From NCBI GenBank assembly GCA_963662285.2, contig CAXXMV010000002.1, positions 224,001 through 288,000 on the forward strand: a DNA stretch of 64,000 bases. Reading direction: 5' to 3'. Positions 38,575 to 47,819 of the stretch are shown one piece after another (position 1 is the first letter of the stretch; each line of letters begins with the position of its first letter). The notes under the pieces are model-generated. The model did no database searches, had not been told where the DNA came from, and saw only the letters and a list, made by a program, of their open reading frames with translations. This DNA is from a bacterium. GTDB taxonomy: Bacteria; Hinthialibacterota; Hinthialibacteria; Hinthialibacterales; Hinthialibacteraceae. The position numbers and the translations under genes are program-made.

Positions 38575-39570
38575 TCATCTTTGTTGGAAATGATCAAAGC
38601 CTGAATTTTGAATATCTCCTCTTCCGATTAATTGAATTGAATCGCTGGTGGATGTGATTAAACCGATATTTGTTATTTGGCAATCTTCTTTATCCCATGT
38701 TTCTAGAAGTTGTTTGGCTTGATCTTCGGGCAATGTAAATAAAAGTTCGTAATCTTCGCCCCCTTTCCAGGCATAAGAAATGGGATCACAGGCGTATTCT
38801 CTTAACTCTTTACTGCAAGGAATGCTGGCGGCAATTATCGCTGCTCCGGTTCCACTTGCTTTACATATCTTGGGAAGGTCTCTGGCTAAACCATCGCTGA
38901 TATCGGTCATGGATGACGGGATGGCTAGTTTAATTAATTGGAGCGCCTCTTTTAAGCGGGGCGTCGGTCGTAGTAAACGTTGGATTAGAAAGGCGTCTTC
39001 TAAATCTTTTTCTGATTTGTTCTGGTCTTGTAGAATTTCAAGCCCGGCGGCGGCGTCTCCTACCGTTCCTGTAATAAATATCCAGTCGCCTGGCTGAGCT
39101 GTATTAATGCGGATGGGTTTCTGGATTTGTTGATAACCTATTGCTGTAATTGATATCATTAATTGAGGTGATTGGATGGTGTCTCCCCCGATAATCTCCA
39201 AACCCCATACATTTTTCTGTTTGGCCAGGGTTTGGTAGAACTCTTCGATCCAGCGAATTTCCGTATTGCCGGGAAGACCTAAGGCGATTAATCCAAATGC
39301 CGGTTGTGCGCCTTTGGCGGCCAAATCACTGATATTGGACGCCAAGGATTTATAGGCCAGATCCGCCGCTGTAGTCCATTGGGATAAAAAATGCACTCCC
39401 TCAACCATTGCGTCTTTGGTCAGCACCATAGGACTATGCAGTGGTTGAATTACTGCGGCGTCATCGCCAATGCCAACCAGGATGTTTTTTGAAGAATTAG
39501 GCAGAATATCCTTAATTATCTGATGTAGTTTGAATTCTCCGATATCATTTATAGTTGGATGGTCTGACAT
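38575..39570 (-). CDS. thiL: Thiamine-monophosphate kinase
   Basis: IGEF, GIGDDAA, EGVHF, NISDLAAKG, GGDT, DISDGL, GGEDYELLFT. Confidence 0.95.
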   Translation of the reverse strand: MSDHPTINDIGEFKLHQIIKDILPNSSKNILVGIGDDAAVIQPLHSPMVLTKDAMVEGVHFLSQWTTAADLAYKSLASNISDLAAKGAQPAFGLIALGLPGNTEIRWIEEFYQTLAKQKNVWGLEIIGGDTIQSPQLMISITAIGYQQIQKPIRINTAQPGDWIFITGTVGDAAAGLEILQDQNKSEKDLEDAFLIQRLLRPTPRLKEALQLIKLAIPSSMTDISDGLARDLPKICKASGTGAAIIAASIPCSKELREYACDPISYAWKGGEDYELLFTLPEDQAKQLLETWDKEDCQITNIGLITSTSDSIQLIGRGDIQNSGFDHFQQR

Positions 39571-39666
39571 TATTATGGTTCCTTTTGTGGTAATTCTATA
39601 CTTATGTGCTTTAATACTTTCTAGAGCGAGTATCAAAATTATGTTCGTTTATTATCACCTTTAGTC

Positions 39667-39700
39667 TTCGAAAAAGCCATTCTTTTCTGGCTTTTTCGAA
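39667..39700. other. Perfect 13-bp inverted repeat between divergent genes
   Basis: TTCGAAAAAGCCA-8 nt-TGGCTTTTTCGAA. Confidence 0.6.
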
Positions 39701-39936
39701 TCTCCAATCAGAACATTATTATGAAAACTACTCTAAATGCTTTGCGTTAAACGAATTTTATGATTGGTAAGAGTATTAGTAGAAATAATAGTCATTTATT
39801 GAGTATAATATATCCGATTAAACTATATTTATCGGATCACAGATTTTATCATGGAAATTTGAGTCATATTTGGCGCTTGGCAAATTCCAGAAGACTCTAC
39901 TGCCGGGTGGTAGAGAATATGAAAAGGAGCAGGATT

Positions 39937-40545
39937 ATGTGCACGATCAAATGGAACAGAGTTTCATGTTTTATGTGTGGATTATGTTTATTATGCGCTT
40001 TTGCGGTTTCAGATTCTTATGCTCAAGAAGAACTTCCCTTTACGATTAATGCATATGCTTTTTATATGCCTCTCTCTGATGTTAAGGAATACCTGAAAGA
40101 TGGTTTAACGGGCGAGGAATTGACGAAAATGCAGGTAGAGCATTTCAAAGCTACCGCTATCCTTCCAGAAGATAAGCCGTTGAAACTATCTGAAGGCGAC
40201 AATGTTATAATCCTCCCGGAGGATATGAGGGCGCTGCTTTTTGATGATGTCACGGATAAATCCGTCGTTTTCATCTTCGAAATAATAAAACATAAGGATA
40301 TCGCAGATGAGATTTTAAGTATAAACCGGAATTCTTATGCGGCGTCAGTCGATGCCAATGGCGAAGAAAAATTGATACGTCCAAAAAAGGGCGAGTGGAG
40401 AATTCCGGCAAATGCCCTGCGATACCGATTCCTTGATTTTCGGCATGTAGTTACTTTTCAGCATAAAAAATTCGTTTATGAATTAGAAATTGGAGAAGGC
40501 GAAACTCCTATCCAATTTAAATTAATCTTGAAGACAAATGAATAA
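39937..40545 (+). CDS. Hypothetical secreted protein
   Basis: AGGAG RBS, signal peptide ending SYA-QE; no recognised domain. Confidence 0.7.
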   Translation: MCTIKWNRVSCFMCGLCLLCAFAVSDSYAQEELPFTINAYAFYMPLSDVKEYLKDGLTGEELTKMQVEHFKATAILPEDKPLKLSEGDNVIILPEDMRALLFDDVTDKSVVFIFEIIKHKDIADEILSINRNSYAASVDANGEEKLIRPKKGEWRIPANALRYRFLDFRHVVTFQHKKFVYELEIGEGETPIQFKLILKTNE

Positions 40546-40765
40546 ACGAAACAAATCTTGATGTAAAACGTTATTAGATAGATTGCGTTATGATGATATT
40601 TATAAAATTTAGAACCGGTTTTCTGGAAACCGGGATCAGTAAACCATTCGAATAACTTATGTTATCCGTTGTAAAGTCATTATTTAGCGTGTATTTGAAT
40701 GGCTCACAACCGCATGCAATTTTCTAGTAATTGTTACATCAACCTTTATTTCTGGAGATAAGCCG

Positions 40766-42391
40766 ATGACGCAAGAAAAAGCGTATAAAAACCTATATAT
40801 CCGAGTGAGAAATGCCCATATCCGCCACTGTGGTCTATCCTTTTATTTTTATCTGATGAGGGCGCTCTTTATTGCGCTAGTCTTATCCTGCATTAGCGTT
40901 GGCGTAATAAAATTTCTACCCTATTCTTTAGACAAGTATTTATACATAATTCCCGCTTCTTTAATTGGTTTAGCGCTTCCCTGCGCCATGCTAATTGCGT
41001 GGCTGCGCAGAAGTGACCTGAAAACAACGGCGATGTTGGCGGATAAACATCTTCATTTGAAAGAAAAAATTTCTTCAGCTTTGGAATTATCTAAAAATGA
41101 TGAAAGTTCTGCAGGAGCATCTGAATGGAATGACGCCATATTGAATGATGCATTATACGCTGCGGATCGTTTAAAATTGACCAAAGCCTTTCCTCTCACC
41201 AATCCTGGTGAATTCCGGTGGATTTGGATTCCGGTTCTGGTTTTGATCCTGACCATTTTTGTAATTCCACAGTGGAATTACCTTACCTATGGCGGTAAGC
41301 AAGCCATAGCGCAAGACCTTGAACACAAAGCAGTTAAGAAGCATCTGCAAAAACTCATGCAGCGTCGGTTGATCCTTGATAAAAAAGTGAAGGATAAAGA
41401 GACCAAAATCGCATCGGAATTGTCAAAAGAGATAAAGAATCTTTCCGCCGACCTTTCAAAAGGGAAAATCGAAAAAAGAGACGCTTTGGCGAAACTGTCT
41501 TCTCTCGAAAAAGAATGGGAAAAACGTAAAGAGCAACTTGAAGGCATGAAACCCAATATGAGCGAACCGCTTAATTCAGGTTTAAAGCCCAAAATGACCA
41601 ATGATCTGGCTGAAGCTATGAAAGAGAATGATTTTGAGAAGGCGGCTAAAGCTCTCAATAAACTGCAAAAACAGATCAAACTGGGTAATATCGATCCCAA
41701 AGGTTTGAAACAACTCTCAAGCGAACTCAGTAAAATGGCTTCACTCATGAATATGGATTTACCTATGGTGAAAGCGTTGGACAACGCAGGACAAATGTTA
41801 TTATCCAGCGATTTGGATGGCGCCCTTAAACCTCTGCAAATTGCTGAAATGAGTATGCAGGACATGAAAGACCTGATGGAGCAGATGAAACTGCTCGAAG
41901 ATTCATTAAAAGACCTGAAAGACTGCAAATTTGCTTTGGCGGGCAAATTCGGCGAAAAGTGTGAAAAATGCGGTAAATGCTTTGGTGAGGGAGAAGGCTG
42001 TTGCAATGGAAACTGTTCAGGTAATGGCAAGGGCTTTGGCAAGGGAGGGACGAATCCCTGGAAACCTGGATTCAGCAGAAATCAAGGCAATGGAATGGGA
42101 GGACCCGGGATCGGGCGTGGAGGAAAAGCGCCATTCGCAGAAACAACTACCCAGATGTCTCCGGATAAACTTAAAAGTATGTTCGGCAATGCGCCGATAC
42201 AAGCCATTCTTCCGGTTGATGGCGCCGCAGTGAAGGGACAATCGACCATTATGGTTAATGATTCAGCTATTTTTGAATACAACCAGGAATCAGAAGAAGC
42301 TTTAACCAAAGAACGCGTTCCTTTGCCCATTCGCAACCAGGTGCGGTCTTATTTTGAAACCGGCGCTGATTCGAAATCAAGTGAAGAATAA
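40766..42391 (+). CDS. Membrane-anchored coiled-coil protein with Cys/Gly-rich C-terminal region
   Basis: Three N-terminal TMs, ADKHLHLKEKISSALEL motif, long Lys/Glu coiled coil, CxxCxxC...CC...C cluster, VPLPIRNQVRSYF end. Confidence 0.75.
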   Translation: MTQEKAYKNLYIRVRNAHIRHCGLSFYFYLMRALFIALVLSCISVGVIKFLPYSLDKYLYIIPASLIGLALPCAMLIAWLRRSDLKTTAMLADKHLHLKEKISSALELSKNDESSAGASEWNDAILNDALYAADRLKLTKAFPLTNPGEFRWIWIPVLVLILTIFVIPQWNYLTYGGKQAIAQDLEHKAVKKHLQKLMQRRLILDKKVKDKETKIASELSKEIKNLSADLSKGKIEKRDALAKLSSLEKEWEKRKEQLEGMKPNMSEPLNSGLKPKMTNDLAEAMKENDFEKAAKALNKLQKQIKLGNIDPKGLKQLSSELSKMASLMNMDLPMVKALDNAGQMLLSSDLDGALKPLQIAEMSMQDMKDLMEQMKLLEDSLKDLKDCKFALAGKFGEKCEKCGKCFGEGEGCCNGNCSGNGKGFGKGGTNPWKPGFSRNQGNGMGGPGIGRGGKAPFAETTTQMSPDKLKSMFGNAPIQAILPVDGAAVKGQSTIMVNDSAIFEYNQESEEALTKERVPLPIRNQVRSYFETGADSKSSEE

Positions 42392-42530
42392 TTTGAAATG
42401 TCATTCGGTTTTTTACTGTGGAATTAATATCTTAAGGCATTTGTTTTATTAGATTTGTGTCGTAGTAAATATGTTTTAAGCCGAGTGAATATTTATTGTA
42501 TTCTGCCATAAAAGTTTGATAGAACAAAAC

Positions 42531-42570
42531 AAAAACATGGATTCTAATTAATTGAATCCATGTTTTTTTT
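42531..42570 (+). terminator. Intrinsic terminator
   Basis: AAAAACATGGATTC...GAATCCATGTTTTTTTT. Confidence 0.7.
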
Positions 42571-42604
42571 ATAGCAAATGCTGGTTCAAATTGATTAAAA
42601 ACTG

Positions 42605-42637
42605 TTGACAAATCTAGAGTTCTTATGGCATATTATT
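42605..42637 (+). promoter_or_regulatory. Sigma70-like promoter, conserved between the two paralogs
   Basis: TTGACAAAT-N15-CATATTATT; identical spacing at 44519. Confidence 0.65.
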
Positions 42638-42675
42638 GAATGGATTATTCTATTATATTTTTGGAGGTTGTGATT

Positions 42676-44361
42676 ATGAAGAAAAGCTTTGTTTTACTAG
42701 CCGGACTTTTGCTATGCATAAGTCCACTCTGCTTTGGGCAAGTAGGGATATTTGAAAACCAAGGGGACATAGGCGCAGTTGACGCTGCTGGCTCTGTTGA
42801 ATTTGACGAAGCCGAGGATATGTATGTAGTTCAAGCCAGCGGCGCCGATATTTGGAATACTGCTGATGAGTTCTTTTTCGTTTATAACGAAATGACTGGT
42901 CCTTTTACGATCAAAGCCAATGTTTACTGTTTACCTGAAGCTGGTGAACCAACATGGGCGAAAGCTGGTCTGATGGTTCGCAACAACCTCACCGCCGGCT
43001 CATCTCATGGATTCGCCATGATTCGTGCGCAAGGCAATGATTTAGGTCCGCAGTGGCGAGCCACTCAGGGCGGCAGCGGCGCTTCGGATGATTCGAAAAT
43101 CATTGGTGGTATTGAAGGCGAATATATCCAGGGAGGCGATATCGAACTGGAACGTTTTGGGAAAACCCTCAATTTCTACTACATTGATGATGAGACGACT
43201 GAGAGGGTATTTCTTCATAGCATAAACATTCCCGATTTCGAAGATCCTGTATATGTTGGTTTGGCCACAACTTCTCATAGTGACGGCCTCTACAGCATTG
43301 GCGAGTACAAAAACGTCGAAATCATTGAATATCCTTATGGCGTTTCCCGCTCAATTTCGGCTACAGCGGTTGGACCGGGACAAGCCAGTCTTGTTGTCCT
43401 AGAAGCCGAAATCCGTGATAGCGTGACTGACGAGTTAACCTTCGTTGAAGATTATCCCGAAGGTTCAACAGTTGCGAATATCAATGCCAGCGCAGGTCAA
43501 GCCACAGATGATGGCGACAAGATCACCTGGAAGATTTCAGGAGCTCCTGGCATCCAGACGCTTAAGTACGATCTGAATGTTTCCGCCACGGCGCCGGAAT
43601 CCGGAGTTCTTTCCGGAACTTATGATGGCGGCGGTCGCTCAGGTTCCATAGGTGACGTGGTATTGACATTCATGGATATGGATCCAGATGATTTGGGGAT
43701 TTTCCAAGGTCATCAGGATATCGGCGCCCCGGGCGCTGATGGCGGCGTCATTAGAGAAGGAGACACCTGGAAAGTTATCGGAAGCGGTCATGATATTTGG
43801 GACGCCGCGGATGATTTCCATTACCTATGGCTCAAGACCGAAGGCGACTTCACCATGAGCATCGAAGAACCTTACATCGGCTCTTGGGGTCCTAAACCCA
43901 GTTCCAATACATGGCAGAAAATCGGGGTCATGGTTCGTCAGGATCTGACGGCGCCTTCCGCGTTTGCATCTGCCGCTCTTCGTAGTTCCGACCAGGCATT
44001 TATGATACAGTGGCGTGAATCAAATGGCGCCGGCGCTGCTTGGGATGAGCTGACTGCCGCTCCAGTTGTATGGAATCCCAATTGGGATGCAGCAGCAGAC
44101 GGTATAGAAAATCCCACATACGAAGAAGTGTCACATGGTGGAAAGATCATGATCCAGCGCGAAGGCGACTACTTCATGGCCTCTTATGAATATGATGGCG
44201 AAATCTGGGTTCACTCTGAGTATGAAGTAATCATGAACGATCCAGTTTACGTTGGCGTTGCGGTTACTTCTCACGAAGCCGGTTCAACTTCGCAGGGCGT
44301 CTTCAAAAATCCACAATTGGAAGGAAGCATTGTTGGAGTGAAGGACTGGATGCTTCATTAG
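42676..44361 (+). CDS. Secreted acidic protein: two lectin/ConA-like beta-sandwich repeats around an Ig-like domain (paralog 1)
   Basis: GGAGG RBS, signal peptide, two copies of (A/G)SGxDIWxxxDxF...WxKxGxMVR...VYVG.A.TSH; ends VKDWMLH. Confidence 0.75.
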   Translation: MKKSFVLLAGLLLCISPLCFGQVGIFENQGDIGAVDAAGSVEFDEAEDMYVVQASGADIWNTADEFFFVYNEMTGPFTIKANVYCLPEAGEPTWAKAGLMVRNNLTAGSSHGFAMIRAQGNDLGPQWRATQGGSGASDDSKIIGGIEGEYIQGGDIELERFGKTLNFYYIDDETTERVFLHSINIPDFEDPVYVGLATTSHSDGLYSIGEYKNVEIIEYPYGVSRSISATAVGPGQASLVVLEAEIRDSVTDELTFVEDYPEGSTVANINASAGQATDDGDKITWKISGAPGIQTLKYDLNVSATAPESGVLSGTYDGGGRSGSIGDVVLTFMDMDPDDLGIFQGHQDIGAPGADGGVIREGDTWKVIGSGHDIWDAADDFHYLWLKTEGDFTMSIEEPYIGSWGPKPSSNTWQKIGVMVRQDLTAPSAFASAALRSSDQAFMIQWRESNGAGAAWDELTAAPVVWNPNWDAAADGIENPTYEEVSHGGKIMIQREGDYFMASYEYDGEIWVHSEYEVIMNDPVYVGVAVTSHEAGSTSQGVFKNPQLEGSIVGVKDWMLH

Positions 44362-44410
44362 GATTTAGATTAATGTATTAATCTTTTAGTCTTTTAAAGA
44401 CTGAAATATA

Positions 44411-44446
44411 GGGGTTTTTGCGCCGCTTCGGCGACGTGGAAACCCC
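44411..44446 (+). terminator. Hairpin terminator after paralog 1
   Basis: GGGGTTT...GCCGCTTCGGC...AAACCCC followed by TAATTTT. Confidence 0.55.
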
Positions 44447-44518
44447 TAATTTTGTGCAAAAATTTATTTTATTTGAAGGGCAAAATGCAACGATTTGTTA
44501 AATACTAAATTATACGTA

Positions 44519-44551
44519 TTGACAAATACCTACTTAAGGCGTCATATTATT
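44519..44551 (+). promoter_or_regulatory. Sigma70-like promoter, second copy
   Basis: TTGACAAAT-N15-CATATTATT, then TTTTGGAGGTTG RBS as in paralog 1. Confidence 0.65.
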
Positions 44552-44589
44552 CTTGGTTTAAGGATATTTAATTTTTGGAGGTTGTTAGT

Positions 44590-46299
44590 ATGAAAAAAAG
44601 TTTTGTTCTTGTATTCGGTCTTATGCTATGCGTAAGTCCAATGAGTTTTAGCCAGTATATTTTCGAAGATGCACCTTTGGGTGATTTCACCAATCAAGCC
44701 TCGTATGGAAATGATTGGGCCGATCCAGAATACAATAGTTATGCTGATGGCGCTTATGAAGTGCTTGGTTCCGGTTCTGATATTTGGGATGCAGCCGATA
44801 ATTTCTTCTTTGTTTACAAAGAAGTTGAAGGCTCTTTCATTATGACCGCTGATGTTGCGTGGGGTGATCAGGAAATTCCCGGCGGCGGCCCGGTAGATGG
44901 AAATGAATGGAAAAAAATGGGTCTCATGGCTCGCGAAGATGCTGAGAGTAATGGTTCACGTCATGCTTTCGCTCTGTTGCGAAGAGACCTACTAGGCGTT
45001 TTGGATTATCGCGCAGAAGCAGACGCCGCTTCCCTGGATGTTAGCCAGATTGCAAAAGCCGCTGGTCAAACAGATACAATTCAGCTGGTTCGATCTGGTG
45101 ACACTTTCTCCATGTTCCGTGGTACGGAAACAGGTGAATTCGTCAGTTTGGGTTCAACAACGATTGTTGATATGGCTGATACCCTTTTTGTGGGTCTTGC
45201 CGTTACGGCTCACGACACCGCAAATCTTGAACGCGCTTTTTTTAGCAACGTAACAATCGAAGCCATTTCGGTTGGCGCTACTATCACACGCAAAACCGAT
45301 AATATAGCGATTGATATTGGCGACTCAGTTGCGGTTGAAGTTGCGGTTGAGATTGAAAAAGGTAAAACCGCTGATGTAACAGTTAAAGAAGTTGTTCCTG
45401 AAGGCTGGCCATTGTCTAACCTATCAGTAAGCCCGGGCGCAGCTGAATTAGTAGGTAATGTAATCACTTGGTCGATTCCTGGCGCGACTGGCGCTGAAGC
45501 TAAAATGACCTATGATCTCGCATCGCCAGCTGGTTTTATCGGGGCAGGAGCTTTTGTCGGTTCGGTTGATACTGGTTCGGATGTATTTCCGACTGGTGGA
45601 CCGATCAGTGTTTCTACTATTCCTCCGGCTGGTTCTGATTTGGGTCTCTTTGATGCTCACGAAGATATCTTTGATACCGAAGAAAATCTGGGCGTCGAAG
45701 GTGATGCGCGTTATGATGCTGTTTCTGGTACTTATGTTGTTATGGGTAGTGGAAGAGATATCTGGGATGCGGCGGATAGTTGTCATTTCTTATACAAAGA
45801 AGTTTCTGCAGATGAAGATGCTTATTTGAAAGCCAATGTTGTTCTAGAGAATGGTTCATCCAGTTCTACCTGGGCTAAAGCCGGTCTTATGGTTCGCGAT
45901 GAACTATGGACGGACGCAGCCATGGGCTTTGCCATGATTCGATCTGATGGCCGTGATTATTCGCCTCAATGGCGTAATGAGAATGGCGCTGCCGCAGCCT
46001 GGGGTGAAGATGCAACTTTGGTCTATGGTGGAACTGACGAAGGTCAGCAGAATGGCGTAATTGAAATTGCTAAAGTTGGCGATTCGGTAATCTTCTCCTA
46101 TTATGATGCTTCTACTGGTGAAAAGGTTGAAGCTCTTAATACCCAAGACATCATCTTAGGAAATGCGGATAACAAATATCTCATTGGCTGCGTAGTTACA
46201 GCTCATGAAGCTGGTTCCGTTAGTATAGGAACCTTTACTGATGTTCAGCTTACAATTGGCGCTCCGCCAGTTGCAGTATCCGAATGGTCACTGTTTTAA
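44590..46299 (+). CDS. Secreted acidic protein: two lectin/ConA-like repeats around an Ig-like domain (paralog 2)
   Basis: MKKSFVL signal peptide nearly identical to paralog 1, two GSGxDIWDAAD repeats; ends VSEWSLF. Confidence 0.75.
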   Translation: MKKSFVLVFGLMLCVSPMSFSQYIFEDAPLGDFTNQASYGNDWADPEYNSYADGAYEVLGSGSDIWDAADNFFFVYKEVEGSFIMTADVAWGDQEIPGGGPVDGNEWKKMGLMAREDAESNGSRHAFALLRRDLLGVLDYRAEADAASLDVSQIAKAAGQTDTIQLVRSGDTFSMFRGTETGEFVSLGSTTIVDMADTLFVGLAVTAHDTANLERAFFSNVTIEAISVGATITRKTDNIAIDIGDSVAVEVAVEIEKGKTADVTVKEVVPEGWPLSNLSVSPGAAELVGNVITWSIPGATGAEAKMTYDLASPAGFIGAGAFVGSVDTGSDVFPTGGPISVSTIPPAGSDLGLFDAHEDIFDTEENLGVEGDARYDAVSGTYVVMGSGRDIWDAADSCHFLYKEVSADEDAYLKANVVLENGSSSSTWAKAGLMVRDELWTDAAMGFAMIRSDGRDYSPQWRNENGAAAAWGEDATLVYGGTDEGQQNGVIEIAKVGDSVIFSYYDASTGEKVEALNTQDIILGNADNKYLIGCVVTAHEAGSVSIGTFTDVQLTIGAPPVAVSEWSLF

Positions 46300-46333
46300 T
46301 TAATTTAATATACTGAATATGTAGTAATAAATC

Positions 46334-46364
46334 GGGCGGTGGATTAATTTCCACCGCCCATTTT
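46334..46364. terminator. Intrinsic terminator between convergent genes
   Basis: GGGCGGTGGA-TTAATT-TCCACCGCCC-ATTTT. Confidence 0.8.
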
Positions 46365-46400
46365 CAATTTATACAGACAATAATGCTATGCAATAAAAGG

Positions 46401-47798
46401 TTACCATCTAGTTAATAAAACATAAACAAAGTAGGCGATAAGCGCCCCTTGGACTAAAATTGAAATCCAGAAATTCCGTCTCTTTTTTCTGGAAGTATTC
46501 CGGTGATTATCAGGAGAGGCGCAGGACACTATCATGGCGTCAATATTCTTTTGATAGCGTTGTTTAATTTGACTTATGGCTGTTCTGATTTCGGGGTAAA
46601 TGCCTTTATTCTTTATATCAGTAGAGAGCATTTCTAATTCAGGCAAAGCTTCGATAGAAGAAAAACGGCCTAAGAAAGAGACGCATTTTCTTCTGATTTC
46701 GATATGATTATCCTGCAAGCCGCTTCTCATCTGGTTTAAGTATTTGGGATTGCCCAGTTTCGAAAAATATTCAAAAACAGCGTCTCTGACAAAATCAGTC
46801 CCATCACACAGCAAAGGCAGCAAATCATTAGGGATGTTGTAACCATATTGAGTTTGGTATCTTATCACGCCTTCTCTTACCAAAGCGGAACTGGATCGAA
46901 CCATGGCTATTAATGCTTTCGAAACGCGTTCGTCTCCGACTTCGCTTAAAGCGTGAATTCTGTAAAGCAGTTTATCTTCTTCGCCCTCGAAGAGTCCGGG
47001 AAGCATTTCTTCGATTTCTTTTTCCAGGGAACGAATGTCTTCTAATCGAAGTCTCGCAATAAGAAATTCTTCATGAGCTATGGCGATTTTTTCAAAGATT
47101 TTTCTGGCGAGGTCAAGGCATCTGCATTCAATAAATGCTTCTCCTAAATTATATATGATTTTGTAATCGGAGACTTTTTTTCTAAGCATTTGCTCGGTAA
47201 TTTTTCTTGCTTCCGCCATTCTGCCCAGGCGGATGTTGCCCAGAGTTTGCCAATAGCGCGCTCCGATCTTAATGGAATTTTGTTTTTCGTTATTGATGAG
47301 AAGTTGAAAAGCTTCGATAGATTCTTCATATCTTTTCTGTTCAAAAAGAGCTCTTCCCCACAGACCGATGCTCAATGGTTGGATCATGCCGATCATTGAT
47401 GCTCTTTTGAACAGTTTATCTGCTTCAGAATATTCCAGATTTTCAAAGTTCAATCGCGCTAAATGTTCAATAAAGTAAGGGCAGGAGGGTTCGATTTCAA
47501 TAGCTCTTTGATAATGCTCCTGGGCTTGTTCATATTGGCCGTCTTCATGGTAGGCGTAACCGAGGTTGAATTGACTGATGCCGCACGAAGGATCGAGGTC
47601 TACAGCTGCTGAATATTCTTCAATAGCCTCCTCAACCATCCCGCTTTCCAAACGTCTCTTCCCCTCTTCCAGTTTGTGTTTGACGGTGCGTTTTACTAAA
47701 AAAGTTATTTTATCCGGGGAGGAATTTGATATGGTTATTTTGGGCTTATCATTAAATAAGCCATTAATTAATTTTTTACATGAATCTACAAATTCCAC
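46401..47798 (-). CDS. TPR + HEAT-repeat protein with C-terminal membrane anchor
   Basis: TPRs (FNLGYAY...YQRAIEIEP), HEAT-like repeats (D..DFVRDAV, DNHIEIRRKCV), RKKRR followed by a terminal hydrophobic helix. Confidence 0.75.
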   Translation of the reverse strand: MEFVDSCKKLINGLFNDKPKITISNSSPDKITFLVKRTVKHKLEEGKRRLESGMVEEAIEEYSAAVDLDPSCGISQFNLGYAYHEDGQYEQAQEHYQRAIEIEPSCPYFIEHLARLNFENLEYSEADKLFKRASMIGMIQPLSIGLWGRALFEQKRYEESIEAFQLLINNEKQNSIKIGARYWQTLGNIRLGRMAEARKITEQMLRKKVSDYKIIYNLGEAFIECRCLDLARKIFEKIAIAHEEFLIARLRLEDIRSLEKEIEEMLPGLFEGEEDKLLYRIHALSEVGDERVSKALIAMVRSSSALVREGVIRYQTQYGYNIPNDLLPLLCDGTDFVRDAVFEYFSKLGNPKYLNQMRSGLQDNHIEIRRKCVSFLGRFSSIEALPELEMLSTDIKNKGIYPEIRTAISQIKQRYQKNIDAMIVSCASPDNHRNTSRKKRRNFWISILVQGALIAYFVYVLLTRW

Positions 47799-47819
47799 AA
47801 TTTCCTCTTTAATTGAGAA

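Noticed and set aside
39571-39936. TPP riboswitch upstream of thiL
   Set aside because: No CUGAGA or ACCUGA-type core could be found on the minus strand.
41287-42042. 251-aa antisense ORF, plus many other 60-190 aa overlapping ORFs in the track
   Set aside because: These are shadow frames of well-supported genes, with Ser/Phe-rich composition and no motifs or RBS.
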